From assembly GCA_048939995.1 (NCBI GenBank), contig JBHLOY010000001.1, positions 288,001 to 352,000 of the forward strand: DNA of 64,000 nt, given 5' to 3'. Under the pieces are notes generated by a model. It did not search any database. It saw nothing but the letters and a program-made list of their open reading frames with translations, and was not told where the DNA came from. Every line of letters starts with the position of its first letter. The stretch's first letter is position 1. Shown piece after piece: positions 1-10,487 of this stretch. Both the position numbers and the translations under genes were made by a program. The stretch is from Promethearchaeota archaeon (lineage in GTDB: Archaea; Asgardarchaeota; Lokiarchaeia; Sigyniarchaeales; SOKP01).

Positions 1-302
1 CAAGAAGCAATTAATCCACCAAAAGATCGATCACTCCATTGAATAGTCACACCAATTTCATCAGCAATCCAGTTACATACATCTACATCAAAACCCTCAA
101 TCTGGCTTGTAGAAATGTTTACAAACTCGAATGGGGGATAATCAGTACTGGTTCCAATTATCATATAACCTCGGGATTTAATTGTATCAAGTAATGAAGT
201 GCGTGGGGCACCACCAATAAGGGGTGAGGGAATAAACCAACCGCCAAGTAGTCCTCCAACTAAACAAATGGCCATTCCTAGCACTGCTAATTCTCTTTTC
301 AT
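1..302 (-). CDS. Polar amino acid ABC transporter substrate-binding protein (5' part, runs off window)
   Basis: Not in ORF track. My translation from ATG at 302: MKRELAVLGMAICLVGGLLGGWF...IKSRGYMIIGTSTDYPPFEF...IEGFDVDVCNWIADEIGVTIQWSDRSFGGLIAS; SBP family 3 signature with N-terminal membrane anchor. Confidence 0.9.
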   Translation of the reverse strand, partial: MKRELAVLGMAICLVGGLLGGWFIPSPLIGGAPRTSLLDTIKSRGYMIIGTSTDYPPFEFVNISTSQIEGFDVDVCNWIADEIGVTIQWSDRSFGGLIAS

Positions 303-481
303 ATAATTATCATCTCTACTTTTTTAATTTTCTATAATTATAATTTTTGGATAAATTCTGATGGGGATATAATTCTCAAGTAGATATATAAAGATTTCTG
401 TTACTGGGTTGAATATACCAATTATTGTTAATTCAAGATTTGAATTCCCAATAGAAAGATCTAGTTATAAAATGAAAAAAA

Positions 482-853
482 TTATTTACTTTTTAATACA
501 ATTGCTATTGCTCTTGTTAGACGAATCACTTCCATAACCTTACCTTTTTCAACAGTAATTTGTTCTCGGGAAATAGCATGAGTAAAATCTCCTTTTCCTT
601 CACAAATTCTCGCTATTGCCGCAGAATCTCCAGACATTATGACTTCTGCATCGGGTTTAATACCTTTAGATAATTTGATTTTCCGATTTATGATCTCTAA
701 AAAGAAAGGATCTTCATTATCAAGATTGAATTGAAATGACATTTCCCAGCTAATATCTTTTCCTGCAATATTAGTAACAAAAACATCTTGTGCTTTTGGA
801 TTTTTATTCAAATTATCAATTATCTTATTTAAATAATCTATTGCTCTTTCCAT
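482..853 (-). CDS. SCP2 sterol/lipid-binding domain protein
   Basis: 123 aa; FQFNL...FFLEI...PDAEVIMS...G.GD...AI...ITVEKG pattern; in operon with thiolase-like and DUF35 genes. Confidence 0.75.
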   Translation of the reverse strand: MERAIDYLNKIIDNLNKNPKAQDVFVTNIAGKDISWEMSFQFNLDNEDPFFLEIINRKIKLSKGIKPDAEVIMSGDSAAIARICEGKGDFTHAISREQITVEKGKVMEVIRLTRAIAIVLKSK

Positions 854-855
854 AA

Positions 856-1350
856 TTAATCTCCTCCTTCATATTCCGGTTTTGATGTCCATTTATCATA
901 TTCATCTTCAGGTACAAAGAAAAAATCTGTCATTTTTCCTTCTCTTTCTTTACTAAAAACCGCTCTGACTCTTTTCCCCTTTCTTATTTTTGATGGAACT
1001 AGATTTTCAGAAAATATGCCTTGAAGTAGAGCTGTTTCTGCTCCATCTAGCTTTATAAATCCTATACCATATGGTATTGCTTTTATAAACGCTGAAGTAG
1101 TATACCATACTATCGTGCTGACTTCTATGGTTCCAGTTTGTTTTAGTTCCACCCAATCTGCGGGAGAATAGCAATCTGAACAATTGATCCTCGGAGGCAT
1201 CCATGTCTTACCACAATTATTACATTTTGTGCCTAATAATTTCTTGTTATTCATTAGTTCAATAAAGAATTTGGATTGTCCTCCCATTGTATATTTATAA
1301 TCAATTTTTATTTTATCTCTGATTTGATGATCTTGAAATTCTTTACTCAT
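856..1350 (-). CDS. DUF35/ChsH2-type Zn-ribbon + OB-fold protein
   Basis: CNNCG..WMPPR..CSDC zinc ribbon followed by OB fold; overlaps thiolase stop. Confidence 0.9.
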   Translation of the reverse strand: MSKEFQDHQIRDKIKIDYKYTMGGQSKFFIELMNNKKLLGTKCNNCGKTWMPPRINCSDCYSPADWVELKQTGTIEVSTIVWYTTSAFIKAIPYGIGFIKLDGAETALLQGIFSENLVPSKIRKGKRVRAVFSKEREGKMTDFFFVPEDEYDKWTSKPEYEGGD

Positions 1351-2615
1351 TTCTTCAACCCCTCCTCATTTGCCATTACAATTACTGCGGCATATGCCGC
1401 TCCAGGACCCCCTATTGAATGGGCAATTGATCTGCCTTTTTCAATTGCCACTTGATGTTTACCAGCTTCTCCTCTTAATTGCAAAGCAGCTTCCCCAGTA
1501 CTCATAATACCAGTGGCACCAACCGCATGTCCACATCCAATTAAACCACCAGAAGGGCAACATGGGAGTTCTCCCTCTAACCAGGGACCTTCGCCTGACT
1601 TTTCAAAGGTTTTCTCAATCCAAGGGCCACCCTCTCCAAATGGAACAAATCCAAGCTCTTCATAGGAAATTACCTCTTGCCCCGAGAAAGCATCATGAAG
1701 TTCAGCGCAATCGATTTGCTTCTTTATGTTTTTATAATCTAAACCCCCCATTTTATATGCAGCCTTTGCAGCATAGATATTTGAGTACAATCTGCCCATA
1801 TCTTCTCGATTGCCAATAAAACAATCAGTATTTGCTGCAGCTACTCCAGTAACCCAAATTGGTTTCTCAACCTTAAGTTCTTTTACTTTTTGTTCATTTG
1901 CCAAAATTAATGCTGCTGAAGCCTCTGAATAAAGACAGCAATCCAATAATTTAAAAGGATAACATATGATTCTTGAATAAAGTACATCTTCCACCGTTAT
2001 TTCCATAGGAGATTGAGCTTTTGGATTTAACATAGCGTTACTATGATTTTTAACACTGACGTATGCCATTTGTTCTTCAGTAGGGTTCCCAAATTCTTCA
2101 TAATGTGCATTTACCATGGAAACATATGAACTTGCTGCCATCATACCCATTGGATATTCATAGGTCATATCAGCTGAATAAGCAATAGCATTTAAAACTT
2201 CAGGAGTAGTAGTACCCGTCTGTTCATCATAACAATCATTACATTTCTCAAGCCCTATACATAAACATAGATCACTCAACCCTGATGCTACTTCTGCAAA
2301 TGCCATTCTCACAGTATATCCTCCAGTTGCTCCACCAGTTGCTACTCTGGTGCCGGGTTTATTATTCAATCCTAAATAACTGTTAGTAAAGATATCTGGC
2401 ATAAATTGACGCTCAAAGAGTTCATTATAAATACCATAGACAGAAGATTGAAGGTCATTGTGAGTTATTTCTGCTCCATTCTTATTTGCATCTTCTAAAG
2501 CCAATTTTGTAGCATCATAAGCAAGCTCAAAGTAAGTTTTATCTAAATATCTTGCTCTAAAAGGAGTTATTCCTATACCTATAATTGCTACTTTTTGCAA
2601 AATTTTTTCACTCAA
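1347..2615 (-). CDS. Thiolase-superfamily protein (SCP2-thiolase/Ltp2-like) lacking the catalytic Cys
   Basis: VAIIGIG, KNH.NA..NP.A, ELHDAF, GHAVGATG motifs; TGGATGG at the usual CxSG position. Confidence 0.85.
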   Translation of the reverse strand: MSEKILQKVAIIGIGITPFRARYLDKTYFELAYDATKLALEDANKNGAEITHNDLQSSVYGIYNELFERQFMPDIFTNSYLGLNNKPGTRVATGGATGGYTVRMAFAEVASGLSDLCLCIGLEKCNDCYDEQTGTTTPEVLNAIAYSADMTYEYPMGMMAASSYVSMVNAHYEEFGNPTEEQMAYVSVKNHSNAMLNPKAQSPMEITVEDVLYSRIICYPFKLLDCCLYSEASAALILANEQKVKELKVEKPIWVTGVAAANTDCFIGNREDMGRLYSNIYAAKAAYKMGGLDYKNIKKQIDCAELHDAFSGQEVISYEELGFVPFGEGGPWIEKTFEKSGEGPWLEGELPCCPSGGLIGCGHAVGATGIMSTGEAALQLRGEAGKHQVAIEKGRSIAHSIGGPGAAYAAVIVMANEEGLKK

Positions 2616-2735
2616 TTATTTTTTTAGAATAATTAGTGATTGGTTTTTATAGTATTTAATTATTAAAAGAAGGGTTTTTTTTTCATTACATTAATAAAAT
2701 TTTTACAAAATAACGAATAATGAGAATTATAATCT

Positions 2736-3530
2736 ATGTCTCGTCTTAATAATTGGACCGAACATTATTTTGATACCCAAGGAAGTCATATTCGGTATTT
2801 TCGCACTGCTGGAGATAAACCATCAATGATATTACTCCATGGGGCAATGGATAATGGTTTGTGTTGGTCAAGAGTTGCGAAAGCATTAGAAAATGATTTT
2901 GACATTGTAATGCCAGATGCGCGGGGACATGGGAAATCTATTTCTTATCAAAAAGAATTCACTTTATCGGATATAGTTGATGACACAGCAGAATTAATTA
3001 AACATTTAAAATTTACTCCCGCAATTGTTATGGGGCATTCTATGGGAGCACAGGTGGCTACTGAACTTGGTGCCCGATACCCAAACTTTGTAAAAAAACT
3101 CATTTTAGAAGATCCTGGCTATTTTTTCAAAAATCCAACATTTTTAGATTTATGGTATTATAAACGGAGAATTCGAAGAATTAAAAGGAGCTCTCTCGTT
3201 CAAATTCGAGAATTTTGCGATAAAATTCACAGAGATTGGCAAGAGGTTGATAAGAGACTATGGCTTATAGCTCAAAAAGAATGGGCTGAAAATAAATCTA
3301 AGACGAAATCTTTCGATCCAAAAAGGAATTGGCATGAAATTTTTCCAAGAGTGAAATCACCCACTTTACTTCTTATTTCTGAAAAAGGTATAGTTCAAAG
3401 GCCAGAAGTAGAACAATATATTACTGAATTTGTTAATGCTAAATATCAATTTATAGAAAATGCAGGGCACCATATACATCGAGAAAATTTCAAAGCATTT
3501 ATGAAGAATGTACAAGATTTTTTGAATTAA
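2736..3530 (+). CDS. Alpha/beta fold hydrolase
   Basis: LLHG, DARGHG, GHSMG nucleophile elbow, AGHHIH. Confidence 0.9.
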   Translation: MSRLNNWTEHYFDTQGSHIRYFRTAGDKPSMILLHGAMDNGLCWSRVAKALENDFDIVMPDARGHGKSISYQKEFTLSDIVDDTAELIKHLKFTPAIVMGHSMGAQVATELGARYPNFVKKLILEDPGYFFKNPTFLDLWYYKRRIRRIKRSSLVQIREFCDKIHRDWQEVDKRLWLIAQKEWAENKSKTKSFDPKRNWHEIFPRVKSPTLLLISEKGIVQRPEVEQYITEFVNAKYQFIENAGHHIHRENFKAFMKNVQDFLN

Positions 3531-3673
3531 GAATTAGTGAATATCCTAATTATAGTTGACATCGTTATATTTATATTTCTTTAGGAAGATGCAGATTAAA
3601 AAGTATATAAGAAAAATTCTCTTAGTTAGATAGTATTCCGAGTTGAAAACAAAATATAAAAAGGAAACCTAAA

Positions 3674-3745
3674 ATGAAAGATATATTTGAAAAAGTTGAA
3701 AGCGTTGTTGAAGAATTAAGAAAAGCAAGAAATAGTCAAGACTAA
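3674..3745 (+). CDS. Putative 23-aa peptide
   Basis: MKDIFEKVESVVEELRKARNSQD with upstream AAGGA; amphipathic helix pattern. Confidence 0.3.
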   Translation: MKDIFEKVESVVEELRKARNSQD

Positions 3746-3852
3746 TTTTTTCGAATAATTAGATTGAATTCAAAAAGAAAAATGGAAAACAAAATACTTA
3801 AAAATTTAAAGATTCAATAATGCATAATTAAAATGATAGATGAGTAATTATA

Positions 3853-5535
3853 ATGTCTTGGGAAGAATTTAAAACGGTTCCTCATACAATTAATGGGGTT
3901 GTAGAGAAATGGGCTAAAGAAAAGCCAGATAAAGTTGCGTTAATTTTTTATGATACAGAAAAGAAATATACTTTTAAAGATTTTAACAATGCTATAACTA
4001 TAATGGCATTTAAACTTTACAATTTAGGATTACGAAAGGGAGACATAATCGCAACCTCCTTACCTTTTCTTTATGAACATATAGTATTAGGCTATGCTTG
4101 TGCAAAACTAGGAGTAATGTGGTGTCCTATGGATTTACGCTTAAAGCCCCCTGAAATTATGAGGAACTTGAGTTTATTGAAAGAAAAATGTAAAATGTAT
4201 TGCCATTTAGGTAAAACATCTGTTGCAAACTTTGGTATGATTGGGGCTGCTGTCATGAAAAATAATCCCTGGCTAAAATACGTCATCCAATTTAGTTCTC
4301 CTGATGATAAATATCGGAAAGGAATTATCCCCGCATTTGAGTTAATACAAGAAGCCCAAAAGGACTTTGAAAAAGCACAAACGGACTCTAAAATTATGAA
4401 AGAATTTATAGTAGAATGTGATAAAGTAGGGGAGGATGATCCAATATTAATCATATTTACCACAGGATCTACGGGATATCCAAAACCTGCTATGTTAACA
4501 AACAAGGGAATCACGTGCCAGAATATGTGTTTAGCAAAGGGGCTTTACTCCGAAGAGGATGATATCATGTTAGTTAATTTACCACCGTCACATGTAGGAG
4601 GGACAACAGAACAATTTATGACTCCAATTTTTAAGGGTGGAGGAGTGGTTATACTTCATATTTTTGATTCCGCAAAAAGTCTTGATGCCATTCAAAAATA
4701 TAAGGTTACTATTATGGGACAAATTCCTGCGTTATTTGTAATGGAATGGAGGCTTCCTAATTTTGATGAGTATGATCTTAGTTCTTTAAAATATGCGATT
4801 GCAGCAGGTCAACCAGTTGATAAACCATTCTTGGAGCGATTAACAAAAATGGCTCCAAATTTGTTTACTGGGCTTGGATTAACTGAAACTTCGGGATTTT
4901 GTTCCTATACCCCCACAGATCTTACTTTGGATGAATTTACGGGTACTTTAGGCTATGATTTTCCAATTTACCCGATGTCTATTAGAAAACCAATGAAAGT
5001 AGATGGAAGCGCTGGAGAAGAATTACAAGAAGGAGAGATTGGAGAAATCTGCTATAAAGGACCTCAAACATTTTTAGGATATTTCGGAAACGAAGAGGCA
5101 ACACGTAAGACCTTATCAACAGATGGGTATCTCTATTCAGGAGATATGGGCTATATTGATGTAAAAGGGCTCCATCTTGCAGGGCGAAGAAAGTTTCTTA
5201 TTAAACCGAAAGGGTATCAGGTCTTTCCTCCGGAAGTTGAGGCTTATGTCGCAGAATTACCACAAGTAGAGTTTGTGGGAGCAATTGGTGCTAAACATGA
5301 GATCTTTACTGAAGGAATCGTCGTCTATATTAAATTAAAAAAAGGACAAACCCTCACAGAACAAGAGGTATTGGAACACTGTAAGGGGATGGCATCCTAT
5401 AAAAGACCCTCAATGGTTGTATTTTTGGATGAATTTCCGCTTAATCGTGTAGCAAAAACGGATTATGTAGCCTTACAATCTAGAGTTGATGAGGATGTTC
5501 AAGCTGCAAGAGCACAAGGCGGCTGGGATAGCTAA
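3853..5535 (+). CDS. Acyl-CoA synthetase (AMP-forming, ANL superfamily)
   Basis: FTTGSTGYPK, GLGLTET, SGDMG, terminal K motif. Confidence 0.92.
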   Translation: MSWEEFKTVPHTINGVVEKWAKEKPDKVALIFYDTEKKYTFKDFNNAITIMAFKLYNLGLRKGDIIATSLPFLYEHIVLGYACAKLGVMWCPMDLRLKPPEIMRNLSLLKEKCKMYCHLGKTSVANFGMIGAAVMKNNPWLKYVIQFSSPDDKYRKGIIPAFELIQEAQKDFEKAQTDSKIMKEFIVECDKVGEDDPILIIFTTGSTGYPKPAMLTNKGITCQNMCLAKGLYSEEDDIMLVNLPPSHVGGTTEQFMTPIFKGGGVVILHIFDSAKSLDAIQKYKVTIMGQIPALFVMEWRLPNFDEYDLSSLKYAIAAGQPVDKPFLERLTKMAPNLFTGLGLTETSGFCSYTPTDLTLDEFTGTLGYDFPIYPMSIRKPMKVDGSAGEELQEGEIGEICYKGPQTFLGYFGNEEATRKTLSTDGYLYSGDMGYIDVKGLHLAGRRKFLIKPKGYQVFPPEVEAYVAELPQVEFVGAIGAKHEIFTEGIVVYIKLKKGQTLTEQEVLEHCKGMASYKRPSMVVFLDEFPLNRVAKTDYVALQSRVDEDVQAARAQGGWDS

Positions 5536-5585
5536 CACTCTCTCATTAAAAATTTGTTTTTTTAATAAAAATATCATATTTATCA

Positions 5586-6179
5586 TTACATTATGCATTT
5601 TTTCAAGAGTAGAATGCTTTCTTCTCTTGCCTTTAATAAAGTTCTTTCTTCTATACCTTCCATCTCTATTTTATGTAAAATCTTTTCTTTCAATACCTTT
5701 TTATACCATAAGTACTCGTCCTTTCTGCTAATAAATGGGTTTACTTTCCGTGTTTCAATGAATTTTTCAATTGAGGTCTTTTTACCATTGTTATTTCCTT
5801 CTGTGAGATCAAATCTATATTCTTTGTAGACTAAAAAGCAGTGGACCATAGGAACATAGGGGATGCTATATTTTTTTAAAATTTCCTGAGCTCCTGTAGT
5901 AATCTCTTCAGTAAATTTATATACACCCACATTTTTATGAAGTGGAATATCAAGTTCTCTGGCAAGACCCGCAATAATAGCATGTTTGGTGGTGCATGTA
6001 CCCTTATTTTCCTTAAATAAAATCAAATCATCTTCATAGGTCGAATTATAGCCATACTCTATTTCATGAATATATTTACACGCTTCCTTAAACGATTTAA
6101 TACCCAACTCTAAAAACTTCTTCGATAATTCTCCTTGAGGTATTATCTTACCATCAGGCAGATAATCATACGAATCCAT
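5586..6179 (-). CDS. Hypothetical protein, possible transglutaminase-like Cys-His-Asp fold
   Basis: KGTCTTKH, VHCFL, FDLT in triad order. Confidence 0.55.
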   Translation of the reverse strand: MDSYDYLPDGKIIPQGELSKKFLELGIKSFKEACKYIHEIEYGYNSTYEDDLILFKENKGTCTTKHAIIAGLARELDIPLHKNVGVYKFTEEITTGAQEILKKYSIPYVPMVHCFLVYKEYRFDLTEGNNNGKKTSIEKFIETRKVNPFISRKDEYLWYKKVLKEKILHKIEMEGIEERTLLKAREESILLLKKCIM

Positions 6180-6404
6180 AATTTCAATGAGTTTATTCTC
6201 TCATTTATTTTGATCCTATATATTATATAAAGAAAATTATCAAATAGATTATTTTTAATTAGTAGTATGATCAACAATACCTTGCTAATATTCGTAATTC
6301 ATTCACTAAGATGTCACAAATTATCAGTATTATATAGATAATTTTTTTAAGTGCTAAAGTGTAATCTTAACCATAATTATTGGTATTTTAGAAGTGAATA
6401 TTAA

Positions 6405-7427
6405 ATGATTAAAACGCGAATAACAGAAATGTTTGGATTAAAATATCCTATTGTTAGTGCTCCAATGGGTCCTTTCTATACGACTGAATTATGTGTCGCT
6501 ATTTCTGAGGTTGGAGGTTTAGGTGTAGTAAGTCATGCTACACTAAGAGGAAAGAATTCATTAGAAGATATGAAGAAACAATTGGAATATGTAATTGAAC
6601 ATACTGACAAACCATTTGGGGTAAATGTTCGAACAGCGAGAATTCAAACAGATCATAAAATTATGTTAAGAAAGATTACTCAATGGTGTAAAGAGAACTC
6701 TAGATTACGTGAGCAGTTAGTATATTTTCTTACAAGTGCAGGAGGGGCTAGATTTGCTAGTCGGATTTTAAAGGAAAAAGCACCGCAAATTAAACATTTC
6801 CACGTAGGACCTGCTTTATGGTTAATTGATAAGATTGTTAATGTAGGATGTGATGGAATTGTGGCTACTGGTACTGAAGGAGGAGGACATCAAAGTTATG
6901 AAGGTATTAGTACTCTTGTTTTAGTACAAGAAGCAGTTAGGAAATATCCTAATATTCCATTAGTCGCTTGTGGGGGTTTTTCTAGTCCAGAGGGAGTGGC
7001 TGCAGGATTAGCGATGGGAGCTGATGCTATTGCAATGGGTACTAGATTTATTGCTTCTAATCAAAGTGAATTTCACCCAAATTACAAGGCTCTTATTCCT
7101 CCAGCATCATCTAAGGATACGTTATTAACAACTGGAGGATTTGGACCTATTAGATTATTAAAAAATAAATATGCTTTAGAGCATGGAAAGGTCATTTCAA
7201 AAGAGCAGAAAATTTCTCAAGAATTAGCATACGAAATGGATGAGTACTTAAAAGATCTTTATGCTTACGAAATAGTATATACCAAAGGAGATGTGGAGAG
7301 TGGAGCAGTACCCGTCGGTCAAACATGTGGCCTTATTGATTCAATAATGGATGTGGATGACATCATAAGTAGTTTCAGTGATGGAGCAGAAAAATTATTA
7401 AAGAGATTATGCTCTCAAATTTCTTAA
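6405..7427 (+). CDS. Nitronate monooxygenase / FabK-like flavin oxidoreductase
   Basis: TDKPFGVN, GTEGGGH, ACGG, MGTRF. Confidence 0.9.
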   Translation: MIKTRITEMFGLKYPIVSAPMGPFYTTELCVAISEVGGLGVVSHATLRGKNSLEDMKKQLEYVIEHTDKPFGVNVRTARIQTDHKIMLRKITQWCKENSRLREQLVYFLTSAGGARFASRILKEKAPQIKHFHVGPALWLIDKIVNVGCDGIVATGTEGGGHQSYEGISTLVLVQEAVRKYPNIPLVACGGFSSPEGVAAGLAMGADAIAMGTRFIASNQSEFHPNYKALIPPASSKDTLLTTGGFGPIRLLKNKYALEHGKVISKEQKISQELAYEMDEYLKDLYAYEIVYTKGDVESGAVPVGQTCGLIDSIMDVDDIISSFSDGAEKLLKRLCSQIS

Positions 7428-7470
7428 CTCTCTATTACCACCAAACTCGTTTTATTTTAAAAGAATGCAA

Positions 7471-8082
7471 TTAAAAGTTCTTCCAAAATTTAGGAAATAG
7501 AGCTCCTGTATTTTTTTTGTATATTAGATAATTTTGGCCAAATTTCTTTATTAAATCTTTTTCTTCAAAATATATAACAATGGGAGTAATAAGCATCATT
7601 AATAATGCGATCCAGATTAGTAGGAATAGAGAATTTATTATTAAACAAAATATAAAAAACATTAGTATTGAACCAGAAATCTGAGGATGTCTGATATATT
7701 TATAAATACCTCCATACATTTGAGTTTCTCTAGATGTTTCAACACTTTCTTTTCCGGCGTCTCTTAATGCTTTTATAAGAATATAAAAAGAAGGAATAGA
7801 AATTAAAATAGATATTATTACTAAAATTAGGTAATTATCTAGAATTTTCCAATTAAGGGAAGAAATAGGGAACCAAATCCATATAAAAATTGTTATGATA
7901 AGGATTAAAAATAGAATATCTGATAGTAATCTAAAGATATTGCTCTGTTTCCACACTTTTGCTCCGATTTTCTCTTCACGAGTGAATGGGATTACACTTA
8001 AACCATAAAACAAGAAGCTTAAAATAACACTCAAGTTCAAGATTACAAAGTTTATCCAACCTATTAATTCAGCTAAATTCAT
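7471..8082 (-). CDS. Isoprenylcysteine carboxylmethyltransferase / PEMT family membrane protein
   Basis: GIYKYIRHP, EEKDL..KFG..Y..YK; several TM helices. Confidence 0.85.
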   Translation of the reverse strand: MNLAELIGWINFVILNLSVILSFLFYGLSVIPFTREEKIGAKVWKQSNIFRLLSDILFLILIITIFIWIWFPISSLNWKILDNYLILVIISILISIPSFYILIKALRDAGKESVETSRETQMYGGIYKYIRHPQISGSILMFFIFCLIINSLFLLIWIALLMMLITPIVIYFEEKDLIKKFGQNYLIYKKNTGALFPKFWKNF

Positions 8083-8134
8083 AATAAATAATATGCCTTA
8101 GGTTAAATAAAAATATAAAATAATGAAAAATTTG

Positions 8135-9916
8135 TTATTCTCTTAATTCCCTTCTCAATATTTTACCTACTACTGATTTTGGTAACTCTGGAATAATCTC
8201 TATTATTCGTGGATATTTGAAGGCGCTTATATTTTCCTTGCACCATTCCATAAGATCATCTTTAGTTATTTTTCCTTGGTATTCGGGCTTTAGCGCCACG
8301 TATGCTTTTATATTTTCCCCTGCATCAGGATCAGGCACTCCAACAACTCCAACTTCAGCTACTGCATCATGAAGATACATTAAATCTTCTACTTCTCTTG
8401 GAAATACAGAATGGCCTTTGTATTTAATCATGTCTCTCTTCCTATCCTTTATATGCAGGTATCCATCTTTATCAATACAACCAATATCTGTGGTATAATA
8501 CCAAGTTCTTCCTTCTGAGTCCTTTCTCAAAGCATATTCAGTAGCTTCTGGGCGATTTAAATAACCTAAAAATACTTGAGGGCCACATCCGCATATTTCG
8601 CCAATATATTTTGTCTCATCTGCACCACAGTTTTCGCAACTTTCATTGGGGCATGGAGATAAAATTTTAGTGCCATTTTCTAGATCTACGATTTTTATAA
8701 GAGTATCTGAAACTGGAAATCCCACAGTATTTTCTTTATATTTATGAAAAGGAGTTGCAGTTAAAAGGGGACTAGTCTCACTCATACCAAAACCTTCTAT
8801 AATTAAAGCACCAGTTGTCTCTTCAAATTGCTGCTTAACCTCTAATGGTAAAGGAGCAGCACCGCTTAAGCAAGCAATTAAGGAAGTTAATTCTCCTTTA
8901 TATTTTGGAGTATCTGGATCAAGATTTATTTTTTGCCAGAGGGTTGGAACTCCAGGTCCAAATACTGCACCTTCCTTCATACAAACATCTAAAATTTTAG
9001 AAAGTTTAGCAGGAGGTTGGGGAAATAAGATTAATTTATATCCCATTTGAACTCCGAAATTCATAGCTATTGATAAGGCAAATTCATGTGCTAATGGTAA
9101 AACTACAAACATTCCTCCTGAGCCAAAAGTCTTTTCTACTTCTGGTAGTTGCGTTTTCGCCCAGAGAGCCCCTTGTTGAGCGTTAACTACAAAATTAGCA
9201 TGTGATAATTGACATCCTTTTGGAAGTCCTGTGGTTCCTCCCGTGTAAATAAGAGTTGAGACATCTTGCTTCGGATTTATCTGAACTTTGGGTAATTCAA
9301 TAGGAAGCCCTTTTGCTAATACATCTTGAAAGCTATGAAAATTAATATCTCCAACTTTCATAGGCCACTCCTTCATCCGAGGTACTTTCCCTAATGCCTT
9401 TCCTAATTTAGCTTTGAGTTTTGGAAGATATTCACCGACTCCTGTTAAGATAATATCTTTTAAACTGGGCATTTTACTTAAATCATTATTATGTAAATGT
9501 TCTTCATAAAGTACGTCTAATATTATCATTACTTTCCCTTTCGAATCATTCACTTGATGAATGATTTCACTAAATCGATTTAAAGGAATGATGGGATTAG
9601 CAATTGCTCCAATTCTTATTATGGCATAATATGATATTACAAATTGTGGAAGATTTGGGAGATCTATAAGTATAACATCTCCTTTTTTGATTCCCATCTT
9701 TGAAAGTGCTGTCGAGAACTGATCTACTAGAGTATCTAATTCTCCATAAGTCATTCGAAAACCTTCAAAATAAATAGCTTGACTGTTTGGACTTTCGTTT
9801 GCCGTTTTTCTAAGCATTTCACCCAGTGATATATTTTCATAATCAAAGTGTCTTGGGGTTTCTTCTGGCCAATTTTGGCCAATTCCATAAAATGTGAATA
9901 AATCTTTTTTACTCAT
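8135..9916 (-). CDS. Long-chain fatty acid--CoA ligase
   Basis: YTGGTTGLPKG, EGFGMSETSP, DRKRDMI, LPKSVVGKILRRELR. Confidence 0.92.
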   Translation of the reverse strand: MSKKDLFTFYGIGQNWPEETPRHFDYENISLGEMLRKTANESPNSQAIYFEGFRMTYGELDTLVDQFSTALSKMGIKKGDVILIDLPNLPQFVISYYAIIRIGAIANPIIPLNRFSEIIHQVNDSKGKVMIILDVLYEEHLHNNDLSKMPSLKDIILTGVGEYLPKLKAKLGKALGKVPRMKEWPMKVGDINFHSFQDVLAKGLPIELPKVQINPKQDVSTLIYTGGTTGLPKGCQLSHANFVVNAQQGALWAKTQLPEVEKTFGSGGMFVVLPLAHEFALSIAMNFGVQMGYKLILFPQPPAKLSKILDVCMKEGAVFGPGVPTLWQKINLDPDTPKYKGELTSLIACLSGAAPLPLEVKQQFEETTGALIIEGFGMSETSPLLTATPFHKYKENTVGFPVSDTLIKIVDLENGTKILSPCPNESCENCGADETKYIGEICGCGPQVFLGYLNRPEATEYALRKDSEGRTWYYTTDIGCIDKDGYLHIKDRKRDMIKYKGHSVFPREVEDLMYLHDAVAEVGVVGVPDPDAGENIKAYVALKPEYQGKITKDDLMEWCKENISAFKYPRIIEIIPELPKSVVGKILRRELRE

Positions 9917-10030
9917 TTTCTATCTAAATTGATTTTTATGTAAATATGTTAATATTTCTTTCCTTACTATTTAAAATTTTAAGAATTCTATAATAAAGAT
10001 ATTGATCAGCATTTAAATTTAAATTTTGGG

Positions 10031-10456
10031 CTAATATAGATTATGATTTGGGATAAAACTCATCATAACTAAGTCATTTCTTATTTCCCAACCTAATTTT
10101 TGATAGAAAGTTATTACATCTTTGTTACGTTTTTCAATGAACAAGTGAACCTTATGAATTTTTTTTTCACGGAATTTTTTTATTAATTCAGCGATTAGCA
10201 TTCTTCCAAATCCTTTTCTTTGATATTTTGGATCAATGGCCAGATGATGAACATAGCCCCTTCGACCATCGAATCCTCCCATTACAACTCCTATAATTTT
10301 TTCATCGATCTTGCAAATCAAGAAGAATTCTGGGTTCCATTTTAACATTCTTTCTACTTCTTCCCTTGAATCTGATGATGTAATTGTTAGGTTTGTCTTT
10401 TTCCAAAGTTGAACAACATTTTCGTAATCCTCAATTGTAAATTTTTCAATTTTCAT
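10031..10456 (-). CDS. GNAT acetyltransferase (YpeA-like)
   Basis: MGGFDGRRGYVHHLAI, QRKGFG, FYQKLG. Confidence 0.9.
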   Translation of the reverse strand: MKIEKFTIEDYENVVQLWKKTNLTITSSDSREEVERMLKWNPEFFLICKIDEKIIGVVMGGFDGRRGYVHHLAIDPKYQRKGFGRMLIAELIKKFREKKIHKVHLFIEKRNKDVITFYQKLGWEIRNDLVMMSFIPNHNLY

Positions 10457-10487
10457 AATTCATATTCTAACTTATAATTAAATTAGT

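Noticed and set aside
7471-8082. ICMT-family gene as evidence of GTPase prenylation
   Set aside because: The family is widespread in prokaryotes and neither GTPase here has a CAAX or CC terminus
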